DNA from: a virus
Strand: one strand, 5' to 3'
DNA: 64,000 nt
Virus record (IMG/VR): IMGVR_UViG_3300027733_000040
Location: 32,989 to 96,988 of that record
Part shown: positions 8,622 through 16,267 of the stretch, one piece after another
How the letters are laid out: every line of letters begins with the position of its first letter
How positions within the stretch are numbered: the stretch's first letter is position 1
Program-made: the position numbers and the translations under genes
Notes under the pieces: generated by a model
The model's input: only the letters and a program-made list of their open reading frames with translations
Database searches by the model: none
What the model was told of the DNA's origin: nothing

Positions 8622-9959
8622 ACCGTGGAAGAAACACTGTGTTTCGATTTCTTCTTTGCATCTCTTGACTATCCTTGTGCTTACGCCAAGATAGTCAGCG
8701 AGATCGGTATTATTAAGTTTAGCGCCTGGATATTTTGTAGCATATTCGTGGAAACGATCGAGCTCGCCGTCGATCATAAAGCCAGAACTTTGCACTTGCA
8801 AAATCCACACTATTCTACTTAAATCATTTAAGTTATCAGCGACTTTATGGATTATTTCTTTAATTTCCACTTGAGTCTCATGGTCATCACCGAATCCAAG
8901 CATAGCCAATCCTCCCTGAACTAAATTGTCCAATCCTTCAGAATCATCCCCGTTTGTGTTCACACCGGTTCTACCAGTAGTGAATTTGATTTTTTCTTTA
9001 AATGTCTTCTTCATACTAACACTGTGGTTTTTGTTACTGGTTATTACGATCTTATCATCGTGCAATTCGTGTATTATACCACAGTCTGAGTGATTTTGCA
9101 ATATTAGCATGATAGAGATAATATCGTCAGTACCGCAAAAGAAAGTGTCGAATATTATGTGATATTCATTATAATCGCTATTTATATCCCTTAACATTCT
9201 ATTAAGGATATCTTCTTTGTTGTCTAAATCATGAAAGAGATTAGTCGATATTAGTTGACCATTTGGTGCTTTATACTTAACTTCGAAATTAGTGCCTGAT
9301 TTCATCAAGACCGCAGCGAAAGCGCTGATTATACTAAGTGAAGCAGGTACTTGGACCGTCTTTTCAGTCAAGTATTTCTGCTGTTGGTTTTCCTTAATCA
9401 CTTGCTGTTGATAATTCGAGATGTGTTTACTAACGAACTTTATAAGACTTTGGCGGTCGGCTAGTATCTCGTCGCTATACTTCCTTTCGCCCTTATTAGC
9501 GAATATTGGTGATCTTGAAGATTCAATGATCGGTAATTCGCATTCGTCAGGATTTTTGAATTCTTGGCCGACCATGATTCGGTTGCAGCACGGCGAAATG
9601 TGGTAGCATTGATTAAATTGTATAGTCAGACCGATCTTATTCTGGTAGCTGGTAGCTTTGCAATTTTGGCATGTGAAGCCGTTGATTTTGCGGCTCACGA
9701 GCAGATCTACTAATGCTCTCCATAATGCCACTAAGTAATCTTGCTCTGATGTAGTAACATCATCTTTATAGTCAGCACGTATTGTTCTATTAAACCTTTT
9801 TATAAATTTGGTTTTTGAGCGTTCTAATTCTGGTTCGTTGATGAGATTAGAAAATGTTAACTCGACTAATTGCTTTTCCTGTGGGTCGATTTCTTTCATC
9901 GATACGTTCACTAAAGAACCTCGCAGGTAAAGCTTCGACAGTTGGCGTTCATAACTCAT
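8613..9959 (-). CDS. divergent sigma-70-like factor with Cys-rich insertion
   Basis: region-2-like EQDYLVALWRA; insertion with CQNC..CC; C-terminal region-4-like HTH NTDLADYLGVSTRIVKRCKEEI. Confidence 0.5.
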   Translation of the reverse strand: MSYERQLSKLYLRGSLVNVSMKEIDPQEKQLVELTFSNLINEPELERSKTKFIKRFNRTIRADYKDDVTTSEQDYLVALWRALVDLLVSRKINGFTCQNCKATSYQNKIGLTIQFNQCYHISPCCNRIMVGQEFKNPDECELPIIESSRSPIFANKGERKYSDEILADRQSLIKFVSKHISNYQQQVIKENQQQKYLTEKTVQVPASLSIISAFAAVLMKSGTNFEVKYKAPNGQLISTNLFHDLDNKEDILNRMLRDINSDYNEYHIIFDTFFCGTDDIISIMLILQNHSDCGIIHELHDDKIVITSNKNHSVSMKKTFKEKIKFTTGRTGVNTNGDDSEGLDNLVQGGLAMLGFGDDHETQVEIKEIIHKVADNLNDLSRIVWILQVQSSGFMIDGELDRFHEYATKYPGAKLNNTDLADYLGVSTRIVKRCKEEIETQCFFHGLG

Positions 9960-10005
9960 TTGTAAATTCCTTTCATTTTGACAAACTTTTTTAGGAGTCC
10001 TCTCT

Positions 10006-10776
10006 ATGGCAAACTATTGTGATAGCGCCGTTTTGGAGAAAACCTGGTACCTTTGGATACTGGGTTCGTCACACCCAGATCTTGAACAATACAGGGCCTA
10101 CAATTTATTGTATACAAAACCCTGTTCGCCGGCAATGGTTGACGGGAAAATTCTTAAAAAACATGGGAAGGAATTGCTTGACCCTAGATCTGAGTATAAA
10201 ATACATTGCTTAGCCCTTCCTATCCCCGTTTTTTTCAAATCCCGTAATAACATTGTAACAGGTCGATATCGTCTTTGCAATATCTCTTCTAAGACTCCTT
10301 TCACACTAGATAGACGTTTGTTCACTATGGATAATATGTTTATGGGAAATGCGCTTAAGAACAACATATTTAAGCAGAAGTTAGAAGTGATCCCTAAGCT
10401 TTTAGAAGAAGGGTATATCAAAGAGCAACCGACTTCGGCATCATGGCATGACCTTCTTGCTGATATTGGTAAGATGTGCACAGGGATTAGTATGCGTTTT
10501 AATCTCTTGAATGACGACGAATATAGTGATCTCTCAAATGATGCACTATTACAAGTGATAAATAAATTAGTTAACAATAGGTTAGTATATACCCCCGGAA
10601 GAGCACCGGTATTTAATTTACTTACCACTACCATACATCGTTGTATGTTTAGTCTGCTTAATAAAAAGAATAGTCAGAAAGCTGGTTTAAATAAATTATT
10701 GTCAGATTCTCAATATAATCTTATACCAAAAATTAATAGGAGTCTTAAGACCCTGACACATAACCCGAGAAAATGA
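10006..10776 (+). CDS. gp55-like late sigma factor
   Basis: N-terminal NYCDSAVL and C-terminal IGKMCTGISMRF..DLSNDALLQVI..YTPGRAPVFNLLTTTIHRCMF resemble the T4 gp55 region-2 core. Confidence 0.55.
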   Translation: MANYCDSAVLEKTWYLWILGSSHPDLEQYRAYNLLYTKPCSPAMVDGKILKKHGKELLDPRSEYKIHCLALPIPVFFKSRNNIVTGRYRLCNISSKTPFTLDRRLFTMDNMFMGNALKNNIFKQKLEVIPKLLEEGYIKEQPTSASWHDLLADIGKMCTGISMRFNLLNDDEYSDLSNDALLQVINKLVNNRLVYTPGRAPVFNLLTTTIHRCMFSLLNKKNSQKAGLNKLLSDSQYNLIPKINRSLKTLTHNPRK

Positions 10777-10777
10777 C

Positions 10778-11767
10778 ATGAGATATAATAGGGCCATTTC
10801 GCCTAATGCTGTACACAGCTCCCATCTGCTGACAAGATTAAAAGCTCAAGCTGTTAAAGTGTCTATTGTAAATGGTCCTCAGCCAGGTGTGCGCCACCAG
10901 CAGCGTTCTGCTCCTTTACCTCCTAAGCCCGAAAAGCCACCCACGAAGATCCAAGATAGTGCAAGAGTTGCGCCCAAGAAGGCGGGGGCAGTCGAAGTTC
11001 GCCAGCAGCAGGCGATGCAAAGACAGGATATAAAGAAAAAGCGAGAGCCACGTGTTACTTATGTATCACGGACAGTTGACCCGATCTACCTAGAAAAGAC
11101 AAAAGCCTTAAAAGATACCGGCCGAGGAAAAACGCTTATAATAATAGGCAATGGGCCGACGCTTAATGAGGTTGATTTAAGGGGCCTTAAACATAAACCA
11201 GGTATAGAATTTCTATCTGTGAATTATCCTGATCCTAGATTATGGCCAACTGACTATTGGGCTTTCTTTGATTCATCTCAGATTCAGCGACACGCTGCTC
11301 TTTGGGATGAATTCAATGGAACCATCTTTAATTCTTCGTCGATACAAAGACGAAAGACAGGGACCATCCAATTCAGAAATATAGGTGTTAAATCATTTAG
11401 TAAGGATTTAGTAGATGGTTTATGCATAGGCAGAAGTAGCGTATTCGCTAGCATGCAAATCGCGCTTTGGATGAATTTCGATAAGATATACATTTTTGGC
11501 GTCGATATGAACCCATCGACAGATTTAAAGAAATTACATTTTTACGGAACAAATCCTGACGTATTACCAGAAAATAGGGCAAAAAGGTTTGAAAAGGAAG
11601 CGGAATACTATGTTACAGCTTTTGAATCGATGTCAGAGAAGGAGAGAAGTAAGTTTACTTTCTGCAGCTCTGTTAACCCATGGCCCTTTATGTCTATGTT
11701 TAATAAACTAGATCATAAGGTCGCTGCGTCCGAAATTTTACGTGATTATTTAAACCCCAAGGAGTAG
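10778..11767 (+). CDS. DUF115/MAF_flag10/MptE-like nucleotide-dependent transferase with disordered N-terminus
   Basis: IIGNGPTL, LSVN, SSVFASMQIALWMNFDKIYIFGVDM..HFY. Confidence 0.65.
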   Translation: MRYNRAISPNAVHSSHLLTRLKAQAVKVSIVNGPQPGVRHQQRSAPLPPKPEKPPTKIQDSARVAPKKAGAVEVRQQQAMQRQDIKKKREPRVTYVSRTVDPIYLEKTKALKDTGRGKTLIIIGNGPTLNEVDLRGLKHKPGIEFLSVNYPDPRLWPTDYWAFFDSSQIQRHAALWDEFNGTIFNSSSIQRRKTGTIQFRNIGVKSFSKDLVDGLCIGRSSVFASMQIALWMNFDKIYIFGVDMNPSTDLKKLHFYGTNPDVLPENRAKRFEKEAEYYVTAFESMSEKERSKFTFCSSVNPWPFMSMFNKLDHKVAASEILRDYLNPKE

Positions 11768-11774
11768 AAGGTCG

Positions 11775-12164
11775 ATGACTAAGATTTACGTTGCATCAAG
11801 TTTATATAACAAAACCAATGTTAAGGCACTCTATAAATATCTTGCTTATTTACAATGTACTATTACTTATGATTGGACCACTCATGGTGGTGTAAATGAT
11901 GAGGCTTCGCTTAAAGAGATCGGGCTCAAAGAATACCAAGGTGTTGTCGATTGTGATGTTTTGGTTATGTTAATGCCTGCGAGGCTTGGTTCGCATGTCG
12001 AGCTTGGTATAGCTTTAGCGCTCTGTAAACCGGTCATTATTATTACTAACGGTGAAGATTTCGAGAAAAAGTCATTTTATTTCTTAGACCATGTAAATAT
12101 TATCAGAGATATTGATGCTCTAAAAGGCGCACTTGATAAAATCACGGAACAAGAAAATGACTAA
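11775..12164 (+). CDS. nucleoside 2-deoxyribosyltransferase / nucleotide N-glycosidase family protein
   Basis: KIYVASS, DCDVLVML, GSHVELGIA (catalytic Glu), KPVII. Confidence 0.8.
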   Translation: MTKIYVASSLYNKTNVKALYKYLAYLQCTITYDWTTHGGVNDEASLKEIGLKEYQGVVDCDVLVMLMPARLGSHVELGIALALCKPVIIITNGEDFEKKSFYFLDHVNIIRDIDALKGALDKITEQEND

Positions 12165-12834
12165 TGGCGAACTGCTCACCAGAATAGAAATAGATGTTTT
12201 CCAAGGAAACGAAATCCTAGAATCCTTTGAATTAGCTCATAAGTACCGTCTGCCTGCGATCATAGTACATCCTTCATTAAGCTCTGATGCTTTGGTTTGT
12301 AGAGGCAGATCAAAAGGGAAGTATAAGATCATCACGCCGGTAGATTGGCCTAGGGGTGAAGTCTTCTCTACAGATAAGTTCAAGGGTCTAAGCTTAGATT
12401 CTTTAGAGACCGATGGTTTTGAGATATACATATCGCCAAAAAAGCAAAAGGGCGATATCAGAAAAGAAATAATTTCGTGTACAGAGTTTTTAAAGAAGTT
12501 TATTGGCGAGCTTTGTGAAATAAGATTCGTCATAGGCACAAGGACTAAGGATGAAGCTGATCTAGCGAGTGCTTATGAGGCCTTTCGTGATCTAAAGACA
12601 CCGACTTTAATTCGAGACGATATCTCCTTGAAGACTCAGAATTACAAGGCCAATCCAGCTATACACAGCGCTTTTATCACCAACATGTCGCAATTCTTAA
12701 AATGCCCGATAAAAGTAAGTGGTAATCTTGACTGTATTGAAGATTTACTGGCCTGCGAACCTGCAAAGCGATTTGGTGCCAGTCTTCAGCAGACCAAAGG
12801 CATAATTAGAAGTATTAATACGGTGAAAAAATGA
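12157..12834 (+). CDS. DeoC (deoxyribose-phosphate aldolase)-like TIM barrel, catalytic Lys apparently substituted
   Basis: AHKYRLPAIIVHP, ITPVDWPRG, IKVSGN and RFGAS align to DeoC motifs; FVKTSTG is replaced by LIRDDIS. Confidence 0.65.
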   Translation: MTNGELLTRIEIDVFQGNEILESFELAHKYRLPAIIVHPSLSSDALVCRGRSKGKYKIITPVDWPRGEVFSTDKFKGLSLDSLETDGFEIYISPKKQKGDIRKEIISCTEFLKKFIGELCEIRFVIGTRTKDEADLASAYEAFRDLKTPTLIRDDISLKTQNYKANPAIHSAFITNMSQFLKCPIKVSGNLDCIEDLLACEPAKRFGASLQQTKGIIRSINTVKK

Positions 12835-13127
12835 ACATTATTGAAATATTAGACCAGTTAGATGATGATATCGGTCTTTTATTTAAGACCGAGCAATGGT
12901 TACATTCAGAAAAATCGCGTGTGTCAGCTGAAGCTTCTGACATACTAAACAGATTAAAAGCAATTGACAATGCTATAAATCTGAAGAAGGTATTGAATAA
13001 CATAGACATTGGGGCTTTAAGGCATGCCTACGATGATGGTTTCCACGGAAAAGAAAATTTAATGCTTGAATTGATCAAATCCTATCTGAATAATTCTTCG
13101 GCGGAGGCTCAAGATGCAACGCGGTAA
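12831..13127 (+). CDS. hypothetical coiled-coil protein
   Basis: ATGA overlap with the upstream gene and overlap with the purZ-like gene. Confidence 0.65.
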   Translation: MNIIEILDQLDDDIGLLFKTEQWLHSEKSRVSAEASDILNRLKAIDNAINLKKVLNNIDIGALRHAYDDGFHGKENLMLELIKSYLNNSSAEAQDATR

Positions 13128-14313
13128 GTTCAATGTGGTTACTGATGGTCAGTTCGGTAGCACCGGAAAAGGGCTGATCACTTCTTACCTTGCACAAAAA
13201 CACAGACCCGAATTTTTATCAAACACCAATATGGCCAATGCTGGACACACAGCCGTTAATGTAGATGGCACTGCTTATATCGCTAAAGCAATGCCATCGG
13301 CTGCGATATTAAGAAAATGGCTACCTGATTACAATCCTTGGATAATAATGGGTTCTTCTTCTGCATTTACGCTACCGCAGCTAATGAAAGAAGTCGAAAT
13401 AACTGGAAGTGTCGATAGGCTTATTATTCACCAAAGAGCTATGGTGATCACAGAAGAGCACAGGCAAAGGGAAAACGAAGGCAAGGATAGCACAAAGCAT
13501 TTAGCGAGCACGATGCAGGGCTGTGGGGCCGCCATAGCAGACAAGATCCAAAGATTGCCAGGGACCAAGCTTGCAGTTGATTACGAAGAATTAAGTCGAT
13601 TTGTATTTTGCAAAACGTGGACACGACCTTCTTCTATATTAGAGGATATGTCTCTTTTTGATCCATTTAATGTGATGTGTAAACACCATTGTGAAGCCCT
13701 ACACGAATACATTGACTGTGTACTCAGGGCTACGTTCACTTTTCTCCACGAAGGCGCTCAGGGATTTTCGCTTGATATCAATCATGGCCACTCATATCCT
13801 ACTTGCACTAGCCGCGGTACATCGGCAATTCAGAATTTAGCCGATATGGGTATTTCGCCCAAGTTCCTTGGTGATGTATATCTGGTACTTCGACCATATC
13901 CAATAAGAGTTGGCAATGTGATCGAAGATGGTGTTCAGCAAGGGTATTCTGGTGGTGGTTACGATGACCAAGTCGAAATCGATTGGGAAGAAATAGCAAG
14001 AAAATCTGGGATGCCGCTAGAGTACGCTACGATATTAAGAGAGAAAGAGAAAACCACCGTTACAAAAAGGGTTAGAAGGGTGTTTTCTTTTTCTAAAAGG
14101 CAACTGCGTGAGGCCGTGATGGTGAATGGTGCCACTAAATTAGCTCTTAATTTTGCTAATTATATCGACTGGGCTTGCTTTGCATCATCATCAAAAGACA
14201 AACTTACCCCAAAGATCCTTGATTTTATAAAAATGCTCGAGGATGTCGCCGGAATACCTGTAACGCTTGTTGGAACTGGCCCACAATATGACCACGTCAT
14301 TGACCTATCGTAA
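13114..14313 (+). CDS. purZ: PurZ-like N6-succino-2-amino-deoxyadenylate synthetase (PurA paralog)
   Basis: DGQFGSTGKG (Ser in place of the PurA Asp), NAGHT, EGAQG, YPTCTSR, YPIRV, TTVTKRVRR, LNFANY; GGAGG RBS. Confidence 0.8.
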   Translation: MQRGKFNVVTDGQFGSTGKGLITSYLAQKHRPEFLSNTNMANAGHTAVNVDGTAYIAKAMPSAAILRKWLPDYNPWIIMGSSSAFTLPQLMKEVEITGSVDRLIIHQRAMVITEEHRQRENEGKDSTKHLASTMQGCGAAIADKIQRLPGTKLAVDYEELSRFVFCKTWTRPSSILEDMSLFDPFNVMCKHHCEALHEYIDCVLRATFTFLHEGAQGFSLDINHGHSYPTCTSRGTSAIQNLADMGISPKFLGDVYLVLRPYPIRVGNVIEDGVQQGYSGGGYDDQVEIDWEEIARKSGMPLEYATILREKEKTTVTKRVRRVFSFSKRQLREAVMVNGATKLALNFANYIDWACFASSSKDKLTPKILDFIKMLEDVAGIPVTLVGTGPQYDHVIDLS

Positions 14314-15079
14314 TAATCTAGAAGTCTCGGCTTGCATCGACGAACATCATGATAATATTGATGAATCTATAGATCTAATTAGAGCTACTGGATTTAAATC
14401 AGCGTCTATACTTAATATAAATGGATTGTCGCTCACTTCTTTACCAGACATTACTATAGAGAGAATTAAGAAAAGACTATCGGATATGCCGATAAATGTC
14501 ATAAGGATAGAGTTAGGTCATGGAAAAACAATAGCTCCAAAAGATATAGACAAAGAATTATCGATAGCTTCTTATTTTAAAGCTAAGGCGATCCAAATCG
14601 GCATCGAAAAATCATCATTTCTCGATAAGGCGAGTTTCGATGATTTTATCAGTAGATTATCATCATTTGCTGTGTCGATGTCATTAGTACCGATATTAGA
14701 AATGACTGATCATATGTTTATTGACACACCAGCCGATCTCGATAAATTCTTATCGTCACATAAAAGAATTAAGTTATCTTATGATCCATGCCGTTTTATG
14801 GAAAGAAGCAATAAAAATCCACACGAACGCTGGTTTGAACCTCTTAAGACGAGTGTTTACAGTATAATAGCAAGAGATTTTAAAACAGGCTCCGGTTTTT
14901 ATCCTATTGGCCAAGGCGCTACCAATATTGTTAAAGCTATAGATGAGCATATTTTAAACGGTGGTAGATACGCTATATTTAGACCGTCACTTGGAAGACG
15001 GTATGGTAGCACAGTCGGAAAGAAAGAAACATTTAAGTTAGCTTTGGAAGTGTTTAATAATCTATTCAGGAGTATTTAG
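14288..15079 (+). CDS. xylose-isomerase-like TIM barrel (sugar-phosphate isomerase/epimerase family), degenerate metal site
   Basis: CIDE..IDESIDL, ILEM, YDPCRF, ARDF, PIGQG pattern. Confidence 0.6.
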   Translation: MTTSLTYRNNLEVSACIDEHHDNIDESIDLIRATGFKSASILNINGLSLTSLPDITIERIKKRLSDMPINVIRIELGHGKTIAPKDIDKELSIASYFKAKAIQIGIEKSSFLDKASFDDFISRLSSFAVSMSLVPILEMTDHMFIDTPADLDKFLSSHKRIKLSYDPCRFMERSNKNPHERWFEPLKTSVYSIIARDFKTGSGFYPIGQGATNIVKAIDEHILNGGRYAIFRPSLGRRYGSTVGKKETFKLALEVFNNLFRSI

Positions 15080-15292
15080 ATGCTTAATGTCAACGAAGCA
15101 ATTCAGAAGATAAAATCTATCGGAGCCAGCAACGTTAGAATAGTTCCGATGGCTGGTCAGCCGATCAATAATGGTGATCATCAGATCGAGATTAAATCCG
15201 GAGCTAGTTGGGAATCGATTGTGTCTGGTGTAAAAAAGAAAATGGCAGAAGACATTGTAAATCAAGCTATAAACAAGGTTATCCTTGGTTAA
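15080..15292 (+). CDS. hypothetical protein
   Basis: AGGAG RBS; abuts the upstream stop. Confidence 0.7.
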   Translation: MLNVNEAIQKIKSIGASNVRIVPMAGQPINNGDHQIEIKSGASWESIVSGVKKKMAEDIVNQAINKVILG

Positions 15293-15732
15293 TGATAAAG
15301 AAAATAAAATCCGTAATAGAATTGTCCAAATATAAAATAGGTAATAAATTATATTTCATAGATTTATACACAGATTCAGACAGGGATTTAATACAAAGCG
15401 ATTTAAATTGGATGTTGGCTTGTCACCCTAAAATTTTCTTTGTCAAAAAGATATATAAATACAATACTAAATCGAAATATATATGTCCTAGACTTCCTAG
15501 TGCTGTTTTTAGTATATTATCATCTCTGTTAGTAGGTCAATTTAATATAATATGCTTTGAAGTTTCAGCGATTAAACGCTGTGCCAATACCGGCGAATTC
15601 TATTATTTCGATGGTAGTGGCGACTGGCACCCAGAATCGATATTATTCACCACAGAGCGCAAAGCGCTTAACGAAAAGAAGCGAATTTTATCGCTGGTTG
15701 ATGATTGGGCTTCGCACAATCGTGGCGATTAA
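15292..15732 (+). CDS. hypothetical protein
   Basis: TAATG coupling to the upstream gene. Confidence 0.6.
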   Translation: MIKKIKSVIELSKYKIGNKLYFIDLYTDSDRDLIQSDLNWMLACHPKIFFVKKIYKYNTKSKYICPRLPSAVFSILSSLLVGQFNIICFEVSAIKRCANTGEFYYFDGSGDWHPESILFTTERKALNEKKRILSLVDDWASHNRGD

Positions 15733-15741
15733 ATATATTAT

Positions 15742-16266
15742 ATGAAGATAACTAAAGTTAATATATCCTTACCAAAGGTCGCTCAAAAGCACGATTATGA
15801 CTGCGGAGCTGCAGCTTTAAAGTCGATATATGAATATGAACACCCAGAAGACAAAAACGACTTATCAAAGTATACCAGATTATTAGGTAGCACTAAAAAT
15901 AAAGGGACAAGCACGCAAGAATTAGTTGCAGCTTGTAAGTTATTAGGTCTTAACTTTAAAGAATACCATGGCATGTCACTTTCTAGGCTGCATAAAGAAA
16001 TTAAGATCGGAAACCCGATACTTTGTCTCATAAGATCGAATGATCATGGCCACTTCGTAGTGGCTTTGGGATGTGATGATGATAATATCTATTTCGAAGA
16101 TCCTTTTAAAAAGAAAAATAACGGCTATTTGCCTAAAAAAGAATTTTTCGAAAGATGGACAGATGGCGATAACCATAGCGATCTTAAACGGTTTGGATTG
16201 ATTTTTAAGGTATCGCGTCCAAAAACAAAAAAGAAAATTACAGCCTATAAGATTTTAGGAAATTAA
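15742..16266 (+). CDS. C39-family cysteine peptidase
   Basis: Q....DCGAAAL, GT, GHFVV, EDP (Cys/His/Asp catalytic triad). Confidence 0.85.
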   Translation: MKITKVNISLPKVAQKHDYDCGAAALKSIYEYEHPEDKNDLSKYTRLLGSTKNKGTSTQELVAACKLLGLNFKEYHGMSLSRLHKEIKIGNPILCLIRSNDHGHFVVALGCDDDNIYFEDPFKKKNNGYLPKKEFFERWTDGDNHSDLKRFGLIFKVSRPKTKKKITAYKILGN

Positions 16267-16267
16267 T

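Noticed and set aside
13114-14313. Ordinary purA auxiliary metabolic gene
   Set aside because: It lacks the GDEGKG Asp and the TKLD motif and has PurZ-type substitutions instead.
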